Assembly (NCBI GenBank): GCA_009773315.1
Contig: WRPE01000007.1
Coordinates: 81,011 to 145,010 of the forward strand
Origin: Syntrophaceae bacterium
GTDB lineage: Bacteria; Desulfobacterota; Syntrophia; Syntrophales; Smithellaceae
DNA: 64,000 nucleotides
Direction of reading: 5' to 3'
The notes below the pieces were generated by a model. That model had not been told where the DNA came from. It did not search any database and saw only the letters and a list, made by a program, of their open reading frames with translations. A program made the position numbers and the translations under genes. The stretch's first letter is position 1; each line of letters opens with the position of its first letter. Below are positions 23,136 through 33,006 of the stretch, piece by piece.

Positions 23136-24219
23136 TAACGATTCGATGCGCCGCATCAGTCCGACAAGATTAATTCTATTGCTCTTCTCGCTGCTCTATC
23201 GGCTGATCATTCATTGGCGTAACCGACTCTACGATCGACAGATTCTGAAACCTGTCAAACTTTCCTGCCCGGTCATCAGCGTCGGCAACATCACCGTCGG
23301 CGGTACGGGGAAAACGCCCTGTGTCATCATGCTTGCAAAAATACTTCAGCGACACGGTTGGAAGCCGGCGATTATCAGTCGCGGTTACGGCGCCAAAAGC
23401 GCCCAACCCGTCAACATCGTTTCCGATGGAAAAAGCATTCTGCTTAGAGCGGATATCGCCGGTGACGAGCCGCTGCTTATCGCCCGGTCGCTGCCGGATA
23501 TTCCGGTCGTCACAGGAGCCAAACGCCGCCTGACCGGACCGGCGGCCATCGACCGATTCGGAGCGAATGTACTGATCTGTGACGACGCTTTCCAGCACCG
23601 TCAAATCTTCCGGGATATCGATATTGTTTTGCTCGACGCCGAAAAACCGCTGGGAAACGGCCATCTTCTCCCGCGCGGTGAATTACGCGAATCCGCGGAC
23701 GGCCTTCACCGCGCCGGTTGTTTTATTCTAACCCGCATAAATGAGACGCATCCTGTAAACCAGGACATCGCCATCATCGCACGCACATCAAATATACCCA
23801 TTTTCCACGCTGTTCATCAGTTCAAGGAAATGATCAAACCGGAGGAGAGTCTTTCCTTGCCGCCTGGCGATCTTCGCGGTAAAAAAGTTTGCGCTTTTTG
23901 CGGCATCGCCCGACCTGCGTCCTTTAAGAAAACGCTACTGGAAGCGGATGCAAAAATTCTGTCTTTTGATCCTTACCCCGATCATCATATTTTCAGGGAT
24001 TACGATCTGGAGGAATTAAAGGATAAATTTACCAACCTGCATGCCGATTATCTCGTCACAACGGAAAAGGATGCCATGCGCCTCGCCGGTTATCCAGAAT
24101 TCTTAAAGATGGTTTGTATTCTGCGCATGGAAATGGAAATAAAACCATCCCTGGCGTCATTCGAAAATTTTATCATAGAACAGTTGAACGCTGTTGTGAA
24201 GAGAAATGAACATCTATAG
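23107..24219 (+). CDS. lpxK: Tetraacyldisaccharide 4'-kinase
   Basis: VISVGNITVGGTGKTP P-loop and ISRGYG. N-terminus WQRIWNDN..LLLFSLLYRL resembles the LpxK start. Overlaps the end of msbA. Confidence 0.85.
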   Translation: MIDWQRIWNDNDSMRRISPTRLILLLFSLLYRLIIHWRNRLYDRQILKPVKLSCPVISVGNITVGGTGKTPCVIMLAKILQRHGWKPAIISRGYGAKSAQPVNIVSDGKSILLRADIAGDEPLLIARSLPDIPVVTGAKRRLTGPAAIDRFGANVLICDDAFQHRQIFRDIDIVLLDAEKPLGNGHLLPRGELRESADGLHRAGCFILTRINETHPVNQDIAIIARTSNIPIFHAVHQFKEMIKPEESLSLPPGDLRGKKVCAFCGIARPASFKKTLLEADAKILSFDPYPDHHIFRDYDLEELKDKFTNLHADYLVTTEKDAMRLAGYPEFLKMVCILRMEMEIKPSLASFENFIIEQLNAVVKRNEHL

Positions 24220-24231
24220 TATTTTTTACTT

Positions 24232-25107
24232 ATGAACATGAAAATTGCCGAAATCATATTTCGTATCATACCACTGCCTGCCCGACGCGCCCTTGCCGTT
24301 GGTCTGGCCAAGCTGTTTTATTATCTATCCCTCAAGCATCGACTGATCGCCGTTCATAATCTAACACGATCCTTTCCCGAAAAATCTTTAAACGAAATTT
24401 TAAGAATTGCCAAAGCCTCCTATGCGAGCTTTGCCCTGATCCTGGCGGAATTTTCCGATATTTACTATCTTAATAAAGACAATTTACACAAATGGATTCA
24501 TATTAAAGGCCTGAATAATTATACCGAGGCTTGCCAAAAAGGAAAAGGAGTTCTCCTTTTCAGCGCGCACTTCGGCAACTGGGAAATCGGCAATGCTGCT
24601 CTGGCCATAACGACAAAACCATTTATCTTTGTTTACCGTATTCTGGACAGCCCATTTCTGGAAGAGGCGATCACTTATGTCCGTGCATCCTACGGGAATA
24701 CTTCCCTGGATAAGGAAAATGCCATGAGACCGATGATGCGCCACCTGAAAAATGGAACGACCATCAATCTTCTGATGGACCAGAACGTGGCTGTGTACGA
24801 TGGAATTTTCATTAACTTCTTTAATCGTCCGGCCTGCACAACATCCGGTCTTGCCCTGCTGGCTTTGCATACCGGAGCGCCGGTATTGCCTGTTTTCACC
24901 ACCCGATTGCCGGATGGTAAATACGTATTGGAGATTTTCCCTGAAGTTGATATCATCCAGTCCGGCAACCGGAACGCTGACGTATTGAGCAATACACAGC
25001 GTTTTACAAAAATTATTGAAGATCATATCCGCAAGTATCCGGAACAATGGTTCTGGGTGCATCAGCGCTGGAAGACAAAGCTCTGCCAGGCCAGGAGGAA
25101 TTCGTGA
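24232..25107 (+). CDS. Lipid A biosynthesis (Kdo-lipid IVA) acyltransferase family protein, LpxL/HtrB-like
   Basis: 291 aa. AHFGNWEIG catalytic-His motif. C-terminal PEQWFWVHQRWK is typical of the family. Confidence 0.7.
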   Translation: MNMKIAEIIFRIIPLPARRALAVGLAKLFYYLSLKHRLIAVHNLTRSFPEKSLNEILRIAKASYASFALILAEFSDIYYLNKDNLHKWIHIKGLNNYTEACQKGKGVLLFSAHFGNWEIGNAALAITTKPFIFVYRILDSPFLEEAITYVRASYGNTSLDKENAMRPMMRHLKNGTTINLLMDQNVAVYDGIFINFFNRPACTTSGLALLALHTGAPVLPVFTTRLPDGKYVLEIFPEVDIIQSGNRNADVLSNTQRFTKIIEDHIRKYPEQWFWVHQRWKTKLCQARRNS

Positions 25108-25188
25108 AGCGTATCTCGCATTTCGGGGTTCACGATTCACAAGATCCTGGATACTGGGATCCTGGATAAGAAATACGAGGAAAAAACC

Positions 25189-26244
25189 TTGATACTGGAA
25201 GCAAAAAACAAACTGCCGCAAACAGGCCTCAATAAAATTTTGATTCGCGGCACCAACTGGGTCGGTGACGCCGTGATGACGCTGCCTGCCGTTGCCTCTG
25301 TGCGAGCGGCCTATCCGCGCGCACATCTGGCCATTTTGGCCAAGCCGCCCATTGACGATATTTATAAAATGTTTTCAGCCGCGGATGAAATCATCCCTTA
25401 TGAAAATAAATACGATAATCCCGTGGGTGTCTTTCAACTGGCCTGGCGGCTGCGCCTTAAAAAATTCGACGCGGCCATTCTTCTGCAAAACGCCGTAGAA
25501 GCGGCCATCATGACATTGGCGTCAGGCATTCCCCTGCGCGCCGGATTTAATACCGACGGCCGCGGTTTTTTATTGACGCACCCGATTCGCCGCACCGGTG
25601 AAATCCTGAAAGTTCATCAGGTCGATTATTATCTGGAAATGGTCAAAGCCCTGGGCTGCGCGGATATTGACCGCGCCATGCATCTGGAAACGCATATATC
25701 ACCCGCGACCGCCAGGGACATCATCAAGCAATACGTACCCGGAAACGGCGAGCCGGTGATCGGCATTGCGCCCGGCGCCACCTACGGCCCGGCCAAGCGC
25801 TGGATGCCGGAAAGGTTCGCGGCGGCGGCCGATCGTTTAAGCGCCGAGCTGGCTGCGCGGGTTGTGCTTTTCGGCGGAAAGAGTGACTGGGAAATCGCCG
25901 AACAGGTGCGAAAAAACGCGCGAGCGGACATGATCAATATCGCCGGCAAAACAACCTTACAGGAAGCGGTTTATTGCATTTCCCAATGCCGGTTGTTTAT
26001 CAGCAATGATTCAGGTCTCATGCATGTGGCCGGCGCTCTGAACATTCCCACGGTCGCCATTTTCGGCTCGACCAATCCCGTCACCACATCGCCCGCGGGA
26101 GAGAAAACCATTCTGGTGCGCAAACCCGTATCGTGCAGCCCCTGCCTGAAAAAGACCTGCCCGACGGATTTCCGCTGCATGACCCTGATCACGGTTGACA
26201 ATGTCGTCGCGGCGGCCAATACATTATTATTAAGGAAAAGTTGA
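25189..26244 (+). CDS. waaF: ADP-heptose--LPS heptosyltransferase II-like (GT9)
   Basis: ILIRGTNWVGDAVMTLPA start and GIPLRAGFNTDGRGFLLTH resemble WaaF. TTG start, with gagga 7 nt upstream. Confidence 0.7.
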   Translation: MILEAKNKLPQTGLNKILIRGTNWVGDAVMTLPAVASVRAAYPRAHLAILAKPPIDDIYKMFSAADEIIPYENKYDNPVGVFQLAWRLRLKKFDAAILLQNAVEAAIMTLASGIPLRAGFNTDGRGFLLTHPIRRTGEILKVHQVDYYLEMVKALGCADIDRAMHLETHISPATARDIIKQYVPGNGEPVIGIAPGATYGPAKRWMPERFAAAADRLSAELAARVVLFGGKSDWEIAEQVRKNARADMINIAGKTTLQEAVYCISQCRLFISNDSGLMHVAGALNIPTVAIFGSTNPVTTSPAGEKTILVRKPVSCSPCLKKTCPTDFRCMTLITVDNVVAAANTLLLRKS

Positions 26245-26250
26245 TTCGCC

Positions 26251-26838
26251 ATGAAAAAAAACACAACCATATTTCTGGATCGCGACGGAACCATTAACGA
26301 AGAAGTCGGCTATCTCGACCATGAGGATAAACTGCAGATCATTCCAGCCGCTTTCGAAGCCATTCGCCTGATTAACGAAAGCGGCATGAAAGCCGTGGTC
26401 ATCACCAATCAGGCCGGCGTCGCCAAGGGATTGTTTACAGAAGTATTCGTCCGAAAAATAAACGGACAGATTCAGAGCGCGCTTCTGGAGCAGGGCGCTC
26501 TGATCGACCGGTTTTATTTCTGTCCGCATCACCCGACAGAAGGAAATGATCCTTATCGCAGAATTTGTAAATGCCGCAAACCGGAACCGGGACTGCTTCA
26601 TCAGGCGGCGGCCGATCTGGACATTGACCTTGCCCGGTCCTATTTCATCGGAGACCGCCTGCGGGACATTGAGACGGCTCACCGTGCCGGCGCCAGGGGC
26701 ATCCTGGTCATGACGGGATACGGGCAGGATTTGATGCAGGAGGTCGGGCCGGACCGGGCCAATGAAATGAATCGACCCGATTATGTCGCCAGAGATATTC
26801 TGGATGCGGTTCACTGGATATTGAAGGATCGAACGTGA
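26251..26838 (+). CDS. gmhB: D-glycero-D-manno-heptose 1,7-bisphosphate phosphatase
   Basis: HAD-IIIA motifs FLDRDGTIN, VITNQAGVAKG, CPHHP..CKCRKPEPG, IGDRLRDIE. Confidence 0.85.
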   Translation: MKKNTTIFLDRDGTINEEVGYLDHEDKLQIIPAAFEAIRLINESGMKAVVITNQAGVAKGLFTEVFVRKINGQIQSALLEQGALIDRFYFCPHHPTEGNDPYRRICKCRKPEPGLLHQAAADLDIDLARSYFIGDRLRDIETAHRAGARGILVMTGYGQDLMQEVGPDRANEMNRPDYVARDILDAVHWILKDRT

Positions 26839-27887
26839 ATATTCTGATTGTCAAACTGAGCGCTATCGGCGACGTGATTCACACCTTGCCGTCGCTTGCG
26901 GCAATGCGCCGTTTGTATCCCGATGCGCATATCACCTGGGTGGTGGAAGAAGCGGCGGCGGATCTCGTTCTGCATCATCCGTATCTGGATCGGGTTTTGA
27001 TTTTCCGGCGCAAAAGCTGGATAAAAGAAATTAAAGCGGGTCAGTTTTCTGCAGCCTGGCGCGACGCGCGCTCTTTTCTGGCCGCACTGAAAAGTCGTCG
27101 GTATGATCTCGTCATCGATTTTCAAGGTCTGTTCAAAAGTTCGATAATCATTTTTTTGAGCCAGGGCAAAAGAAAACTGGGCTATGATTCCTGGCAGGAA
27201 CTAAGCGGCTTGTTTCTCAATGAAAAAATTCCGGAAAACATGGACAAGCACGCGGTGGACCGCTACCTGGATTTTCCACGCCATCTCGGCGCGGTAGTCA
27301 ATCAGGCTGAATTTATTTTGCCCATCCATTCGGAAGCGGAAGACAAAGCTAAGTCGCTGCTGGCATCTCATGGTCTGGCGAAAAAACAATACATTGCCGT
27401 CAGTCCCGTTGCCCTGTGGGATACCAAATTGTGGGATAACCGGAAATTCGCCAAGCTTGTGGATGTCATCTCACAGCGATTGAAGATTCCCGCTGTTTTC
27501 ACCGGCCGGGACAAAGAATCCCTTGACAAAATCACATCGTTCATGACCACAAAGCGGATCAATATAGGTGGACAAACGACGCTTTTGGAATTGGCCTGCA
27601 TCTATAAAGATGCTTTGACTGTTATTTCAACCGATTCCGGCCCCATGCATCTGGCGGCGGCTGTCGGCGTTCCTGTGATCGCTCTTTTCGGGCCAACCGA
27701 TCCGGCCAGAACCGGTCCTTATGGAACAGGCCACACGATTATTCGAACAGGCCTTTCGTGCAGTCCGTGTCTGTTAAAAAAATGTCCAACTAAAAAGTGC
27801 ATGGAAGAAATAACACCCGGCATGGTCTTTGAGGCAGTAGAAAGATTGGTGGGAATAGCCCGTAGCTCGCAGCTCATGGTGGATTGA
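26835..27887 (+). CDS. waaC: ADP-heptose--LPS heptosyltransferase I-like (GT9)
   Basis: MNILIVKLSAIGDVIHTLPSL..ITWVVEE closely parallels the WaaC N-terminus. YDLVIDFQGLFKS. GTGA overlap with gmhB (GTG start at 26835 overlapping the gmhB stop). Confidence 0.75.
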   Translation: MNILIVKLSAIGDVIHTLPSLAAMRRLYPDAHITWVVEEAAADLVLHHPYLDRVLIFRRKSWIKEIKAGQFSAAWRDARSFLAALKSRRYDLVIDFQGLFKSSIIIFLSQGKRKLGYDSWQELSGLFLNEKIPENMDKHAVDRYLDFPRHLGAVVNQAEFILPIHSEAEDKAKSLLASHGLAKKQYIAVSPVALWDTKLWDNRKFAKLVDVISQRLKIPAVFTGRDKESLDKITSFMTTKRINIGGQTTLLELACIYKDALTVISTDSGPMHLAAAVGVPVIALFGPTDPARTGPYGTGHTIIRTGLSCSPCLLKKCPTKKCMEEITPGMVFEAVERLVGIARSSQLMVD

Positions 27888-28017
27888 TGTTTAAGGTTTT
27901 AGGTGTTATATTTCACGTGTCAGGCAGTATTATCGTCATTCCGCGTGTGCCCTTCAGGGTAGGCAAGCGAAGCGCGACTCGGCTGTGTGCCCTTTAGGGT
28001 AAATCCAGGAAGGTAAA

Positions 28018-29688
28018 ATGATGAATCAAGCAAAGAGCCGGCAGCCGCAAGCGGCAGAAAACAGATTTTACTTAAAACGTAAAACGTTGAGCTATTCTTC
28101 TATCCACCATCCACTATCAGCTATCAGCTACCTACTATCCAACATTCCCCTTGCTCTGCTCCTTGCCATGCTGCTCTTCGTCCTGCATTTTCCGCTGCCG
28201 GCCAACGCGGCCTCATCGACAAACGTTTCCCTGGAAAACGATCTTTACCGCGACATGGAATTCTGGGCGGCGGAAGGCCTTGTCGGAAGCCAGTTGTATT
28301 CCATCAAACCCTTTGCCGGAAGTGAAGTCGGCAGGCAACTTATTGAGGCGCTGGATAAATGTTATGCTCAGAAAACGCCGTCCGCAACGTGCCGGGATAT
28401 TCAGACGCGATACAGAAAACTTTTTAATGCGGAAATCACCGAGGCGCGATCCCCCGAAAACAGCAGCAACCTGTTTATCAAACCCGTGGAAACCTTTTCC
28501 GTTTCCTACAGCTATCTGAAAGGCCCTTTCTCCGTTTTTAACAATGAGGGCATTCAATACGGCGAAGGCCACAATGCACTGCTCCAATTTCAATCGCAAG
28601 CCAGAGTCGGGCGCGTATTTTCTTTTTTTGTACAGCCTGCCTTCATCTATAATCAGCATTTCGGCACTGACGAAGACGGCAGCCGGATCGACGTGCGCCT
28701 GCATAAGGGTTATGCAAAGCTGACGATCTTCAACGTTGAATTGCAGGTAGGCAGGGACTCTCTGTGGTGGGGACCGGGTTATCACGGCGCGCTGCTCATG
28801 TCCAACAACGCCCATCCCTTTGACATGATAAAATTATCCAATCCGGAACCGATCCTTCTGCCGTGGCTTTTTTCTTACCTGGGACCGGTGCAATTCAACC
28901 TGATTTTTTCACAGCTGAACGACGAAAGAAAAGGCCAGGAGCTGGCCAATCCTTTTCTATATGGCATGCGGCTGGGCCTTAAACCGCATCCCTATCTGGA
29001 ACTGGGAGCATCCCATCTGGTTTTGTTTGGCGGCCCGGGACGGCGCAACCTGAGTCTCGGCGAGATCAACCAGATTCTCTTCGGCAATACTGATCGAGGT
29101 CGAGAGAAAACAGAAAGCAACCAGGAATTTGCTGCTGATATAGCCCTGACCCTACCCAATCTTAAAAAATACATTTTTGTGGCTGACGGTATCAAGCTTT
29201 ACGGTGAAATCGGCGCGGAGGATCACGGGTATCCCCCGACCAGCCGCGCCTGGCTGGCAGGCCTGGCCATCTTTAAACCATTCGGGCTGGACAAGGCCGC
29301 TCTTCGCGGGGAGTACGCGACGACGGTTTTAGGGCCCTACAACTCACCGGATTCCTGGTATCGGCATGGACCATATCCCATGCGTTATGAGGGTCGTGTC
29401 TTCGGGCATCACGTAGGCACTGAGGCAGACGATTTTTTCGTCGAATGGTCACAAAGTTTTGATAAATTATACTACAAACTGAGCTTTGACCTGGAAAGAA
29501 GCGGCTTTAAAACAAAGCCTTATACGCAGTCTAAAAATCAGTATCTGGGAGCATTGGGTTACCGGGTCAATGATAACGTAAACATCTCGCTGCGGTACGC
29601 TTATGAAGCAATCAAAAACCTCGGCAATGTTCAGGATGAGCGCCAGACGAATCACTTTCTAAGCCTGGAGACCGCCTTTTATTTTTAG
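28018..29688 (+). CDS. wzi: Wzi-family outer-membrane protein (capsule-assembly lectin family)
   Basis: NVSLENDLYRDMEFWAAEGLV and LQVGRDSLWWGPGYHGALLMS align, from memory, with the Wzi DLRNDLAWLSDRGV and QWWGPGYEGSL motifs. Ends in an aromatic residue (YF). The start is uncertain: ATG 28168 would give a short signal peptide MLLFVLHFPLPANA. Confidence 0.7.
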   Translation: MMNQAKSRQPQAAENRFYLKRKTLSYSSIHHPLSAISYLLSNIPLALLLAMLLFVLHFPLPANAASSTNVSLENDLYRDMEFWAAEGLVGSQLYSIKPFAGSEVGRQLIEALDKCYAQKTPSATCRDIQTRYRKLFNAEITEARSPENSSNLFIKPVETFSVSYSYLKGPFSVFNNEGIQYGEGHNALLQFQSQARVGRVFSFFVQPAFIYNQHFGTDEDGSRIDVRLHKGYAKLTIFNVELQVGRDSLWWGPGYHGALLMSNNAHPFDMIKLSNPEPILLPWLFSYLGPVQFNLIFSQLNDERKGQELANPFLYGMRLGLKPHPYLELGASHLVLFGGPGRRNLSLGEINQILFGNTDRGREKTESNQEFAADIALTLPNLKKYIFVADGIKLYGEIGAEDHGYPPTSRAWLAGLAIFKPFGLDKAALRGEYATTVLGPYNSPDSWYRHGPYPMRYEGRVFGHHVGTEADDFFVEWSQSFDKLYYKLSFDLERSGFKTKPYTQSKNQYLGALGYRVNDNVNISLRYAYEAIKNLGNVQDERQTNHFLSLETAFYF

Positions 29689-29759
29689 TCCACCCCCGAT
29701 TTCCGGGACAGGGTTGGGTGAGATCAGGCGGCTTATCCTTTATACTTTCACCTTGATCC

Positions 29760-30410
29760 TCATTCTGATCTGTATAGTCTGTTGGCCTCCATGTAACGGA
29801 TAACATTGTCCGGCATCAAGTATCTGATCGATTGGCCTTGGTGAATCCTTTCCCGAATACCTGAGGATGAAATATCCAGAAAGGTTATCTTGCGGAAAAA
29901 AACAGAGCCGCCTTGCGGGTCTTTAAAAATTTCGTTTTGCTGATCATAAACAAAACGCGCGGCGATATCGGGCGGCAGGATATGAACCAGACCCTTATTT
30001 TCGTAGCCCGGTCTGGTCATCACCGCAAAGTGGCAAAGCGATAAAAGCTTTTCCCATTTATACCAGGTGGTGATCGCGTCAAATGCATCCTGGCCGACAA
30101 TGAAATATAATTCTAAACTTTTATCATGGGTATCTAAAAAATATTGGACGGTATCCATCGAGTAGGATTTCCCCGGCCGCAGGTTTTCCACATCCGAAAA
30201 ATAAAATTGATCATTCCCTTCGATGGCCAGGCGTATCATTTGCGAGCGATGTTCAAAGGGCGTAATCACGCACGCCGTCTTATGCGGCGGCAGGGCTGCG
30301 GGAATAAAGATCACGCGATCCAGATTTAGAAGCGTGATCAGTTCCTGGGCGGCGCGCAGGTGACCGAAATGAACCGGGTCGAATGTCCCGCCGAAAAGTC
30401 CCCATTTCAT
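29760..30410 (-). CDS. nadD: Nicotinate-nucleotide adenylyltransferase
   Basis: [15 protein letters not shown] (HxGH motif) and ISSSGIR. Overlaps the proA stop by 4 nt. Confidence 0.9.
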   Translation of the reverse strand: MKWGLFGGTFDPVHFGHLRAAQELITLLNLDRVIFIPAALPPHKTACVITPFEHRSQMIRLAIEGNDQFYFSDVENLRPGKSYSMDTVQYFLDTHDKSLELYFIVGQDAFDAITTWYKWEKLLSLCHFAVMTRPGYENKGLVHILPPDIAARFVYDQQNEIFKDPQGGSVFFRKITFLDISSSGIRERIHQGQSIRYLMPDNVIRYMEANRLYRSE

Positions 30411-31663
30411 GCGCGGACCTGGCCGTCGCCGTAAATGATAAACTTGGACGTGGTAAGTTCTTCCAGTCCCATCGGCCCGAACGCATGCAGCTTGGTGGTC
30501 GAAATGCCGATTTCCGCGCCCAATCCCAGCTCAAAGCCGTCACTGAAGCGGGTGGAAGCGTTCACCAGCACCGTGGAAGAATTGACTTCATTCAAAAACC
30601 GCTGCGAGTTGGCATAATCCTTGGTAATAATGGATTCCGTATGCAGCGATCCGTATTTTTCAATATGTGCGATGGCTTTGTCGATAGATGGCACAACCCT
30701 CACGGCCAGAATCAAGTCCAGGTATTCCGCATACCAGTCTTCTTCGGTTGCCGCGTCGATATTTTTCAGGATTTTTCTTGTTTTTTCGCAGCCTCTGAGC
30801 AGGACGCCTGCTTTTTGCAGCCTTTCTGCGGCCTTCGGCAAAAACGCGGGGGCAATGTCCGAATGCACCAGCAAGGTTTCCAGCGCATTGCAGACACCGG
30901 GACGCTGCACTTTGGCATTGGCACAGATATTCACGGCCATGTCCATGTCGGCTCCCGCATCCACAAAGATGTGACAGACGCCTTTGTAATGTTTAATAAC
31001 GGGAATCTTGGACTGGGCAACCACGGCGCGGATCAGTTCTTCGCCGCCGCGCGGAATAATCAAATCAATATGCTCGTCGAGTTGCAACATCGTCGAGACA
31101 GCCTCGCGATCGGTAAACGGAATGACCTGAATAGCCTTGTCCGGCAGAGGGCTTTCTCTCAAGACATTCTGTAAGACAGACGCAATAGCCAGGTTGGAGT
31201 GAAGCGCTTCCGAACCGCCGCGCAAGATGACCGCGTTGCCCGATTTGAGACACAGGGCGGAAGCGTCCACCGTGACATTGGGACGCGATTCATAGATAAT
31301 GCCGATCACCCCCAGGGGGATACGCATGCGGCCGACTAAAAGGCCGTTGGGACGGCGCCACATGGACGTCACCTTTCCTACCGGATCAGGCAGCGCCGCA
31401 ACTTCACGCAGCCCCTGCGCCATAGCCTCAATGGTGGCATCTTTGACCGTCAGCCGGTCGATCATGGCTGCAGAAAGGCCCTTTTCTCGGGCACCGGTCA
31501 CATCCCGGCTATTTTCGGACAGGATAAAATCACGATGGCCGATGAGCTCATCAGCCATGCGTAAAAGCGCGGCATTTTTTGCGTTGGCGGAGATATGGGA
31601 AAGCGGGCGTGATGCCGTAAGCGCGTCTTCGGCTATTTTTTTTACGGTGCCTTGGATATCCAT
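30407..31663 (-). CDS. proA: Glutamate-5-semialdehyde dehydrogenase
   Basis: About 418 aa. [12 protein letters not shown], catalytic Cys region [23 protein letters not shown] 31663 has an RBS and is preferred over 31702. Confidence 0.95.
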   Translation of the reverse strand: MDIQGTVKKIAEDALTASRPLSHISANAKNAALLRMADELIGHRDFILSENSRDVTGAREKGLSAAMIDRLTVKDATIEAMAQGLREVAALPDPVGKVTSMWRRPNGLLVGRMRIPLGVIGIIYESRPNVTVDASALCLKSGNAVILRGGSEALHSNLAIASVLQNVLRESPLPDKAIQVIPFTDREAVSTMLQLDEHIDLIIPRGGEELIRAVVAQSKIPVIKHYKGVCHIFVDAGADMDMAVNICANAKVQRPGVCNALETLLVHSDIAPAFLPKAAERLQKAGVLLRGCEKTRKILKNIDAATEEDWYAEYLDLILAVRVVPSIDKAIAHIEKYGSLHTESIITKDYANSQRFLNEVNSSTVLVNASTRFSDGFELGLGAEIGISTTKLHAFGPMGLEELTTSKFIIYGDGQVRA

Positions 31664-31855
31664 TCTGCTTCCCCTATTTGAATATTTTAAAATAACTTGC
31701 AATTTCTGTAATTATTGATAAAAGCCGCATCAACTGTGAGTCATGGGAACCGTTCGAAAAAAAATAATCATGTTGATGCTTATTCGTGCATCGGTTGACG
31801 TTATATTTACAAGACAAAAGGATATGTGTCAAGGTCTTTGCCCGGATGAATTTTT

Positions 31856-32923
31856 ATGAGCCGATTGCGCATCAAAGCCGGAAAAAAAGCTTACGAAATC
31901 ATTAAGGACGGCGGGTTTAATTTTGACGCCGTTTCCGCTTATTACGGAGCGGCGGTAGGGCCGCGCTGGCTGATCGCCAGTGGATTTGATCTGACGCTTC
32001 TGACGCAAAATCTTCTGGGACGATCCAGATCCGTGCATCTCATCGGATCGTCAGCCGGCGCCTGGCGTTTTGCAGCATGGCTGCAGCCGCAGGCCGCCGA
32101 CTGTTACCGGAAATTCATTCACGCCTATATCACAGTCGGCTATACCCGAAAAGATACGCCGGTGACCATTCTGGAAAAATTCTCTCACATCCTGAACACC
32201 TACATCGAAGATGACGCCCTGCCCTTTGCCCTGGCCAACAAGCGCTATCGTTTGTCCGTGATCACGGCCCGCGCCCGAGGCCTGGTCGCTTCCGAAAAAT
32301 ACTTGTTGCAGAAAAGCGCTCTGGCCGCCTGTTACGTGTTGAATTTCTTTAGCCGGAATAATCTGTACCATTTCGCCGACAGGGTTGTTTTCTACGGCGG
32401 CTCCAAACCGCCCCCTTTTTGTTTTCAACCGCAATTCCAGGGCAAATATGTGCGGATAAATGAATCAAATTTCAAATACGCGGTGATGGCCTCCGGCGCG
32501 ATCCCGCTTATCGTTGCCGGCGTAAAGAATATTTTCGGCGCGCCCCACGGTGTTTATCGCGACGGCGGCTTGATCGATTATCACCTGTCGCATCAGTTTG
32601 CCGCAAAAGAAAATGAATTGGTCCTTTTTTTCCATCACCAGGAAAGGATTATTCCCGGCTGGCTGGATAAGAAAAATAAACGGCGCATACCGGATGATCA
32701 AACATTGAATAACGTGGTGATGGTTTTTCCATCGCAGAGTTTCATCGACCGGCTACCGTCGGGCAAAGCCCCGGATCGGGATGATTTTCTGACCTATATC
32801 GACAAGGGCGCTGAAAGAATTGCACACTGGAATAAAGCCATGGAGCTTGCCGCGCCCCTGGGCGAGGACTTTTTGGAACTGGTGGACAGCGGAAAGATTC
32901 GGGAAATGGTTGAAAAGTTTTAA
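31856..32923 (+). CDS. Patatin-like phospholipase family protein
   Basis: GxSxG nucleophile elbow (IGSSAGAW) and catalytic-Asp DGG motif (YRDGGLIDY). Confidence 0.7.
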   Translation: MSRLRIKAGKKAYEIIKDGGFNFDAVSAYYGAAVGPRWLIASGFDLTLLTQNLLGRSRSVHLIGSSAGAWRFAAWLQPQAADCYRKFIHAYITVGYTRKDTPVTILEKFSHILNTYIEDDALPFALANKRYRLSVITARARGLVASEKYLLQKSALAACYVLNFFSRNNLYHFADRVVFYGGSKPPPFCFQPQFQGKYVRINESNFKYAVMASGAIPLIVAGVKNIFGAPHGVYRDGGLIDYHLSHQFAAKENELVLFFHHQERIIPGWLDKKNKRRIPDDQTLNNVVMVFPSQSFIDRLPSGKAPDRDDFLTYIDKGAERIAHWNKAMELAAPLGEDFLELVDSGKIREMVEKF

Positions 32924-32928
32924 GGTTT

Positions 32929-32992
32929 AAGTTTTAAGATTTAAGGAAAAAATAAATAATTATAATCACTTAATACTTAAATCTTAAAACTT
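32929..32992. repeat. Perfect 17-bp AT-rich inverted repeat with a 30-nt spacer (possible terminator or operator)
   Basis: aagttttaagatttaag (32929-32945) is the exact reverse complement of cttaaatcttaaaactt (32976-32992). The left arm belongs to a 7-nt periodic run (gtttaag ttttaag atttaag). Confidence 0.7.
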
Positions 32993-33006
32993 GAAAACTA
33001 TTTATT

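Noticed and set aside
28100-28115. The 16-nt exact match ctatccaccatccact is shared between the wzi 5' region (28100-28115) and the surE upstream gap (58021-58036).
   Set aside because: For a 64-kb window, about one 16-mer coincidence is expected by chance when both strands are considered. The sequence is low-complexity, which raises the odds further. It is worth a genome-wide count but is not evidence of a repeat family by itself.
30383-31174. 263-aa plus-strand ORF antisense to proA. Analogous ORFs lie at 34863-35684 (antisense to psd/pssA) and 59607-60407 (antisense to dnaK).
   Set aside because: Same reasoning. The opposite-strand genes (proA, psd, pssA, dnaK) have unambiguous family motifs, and the antisense translations have none.
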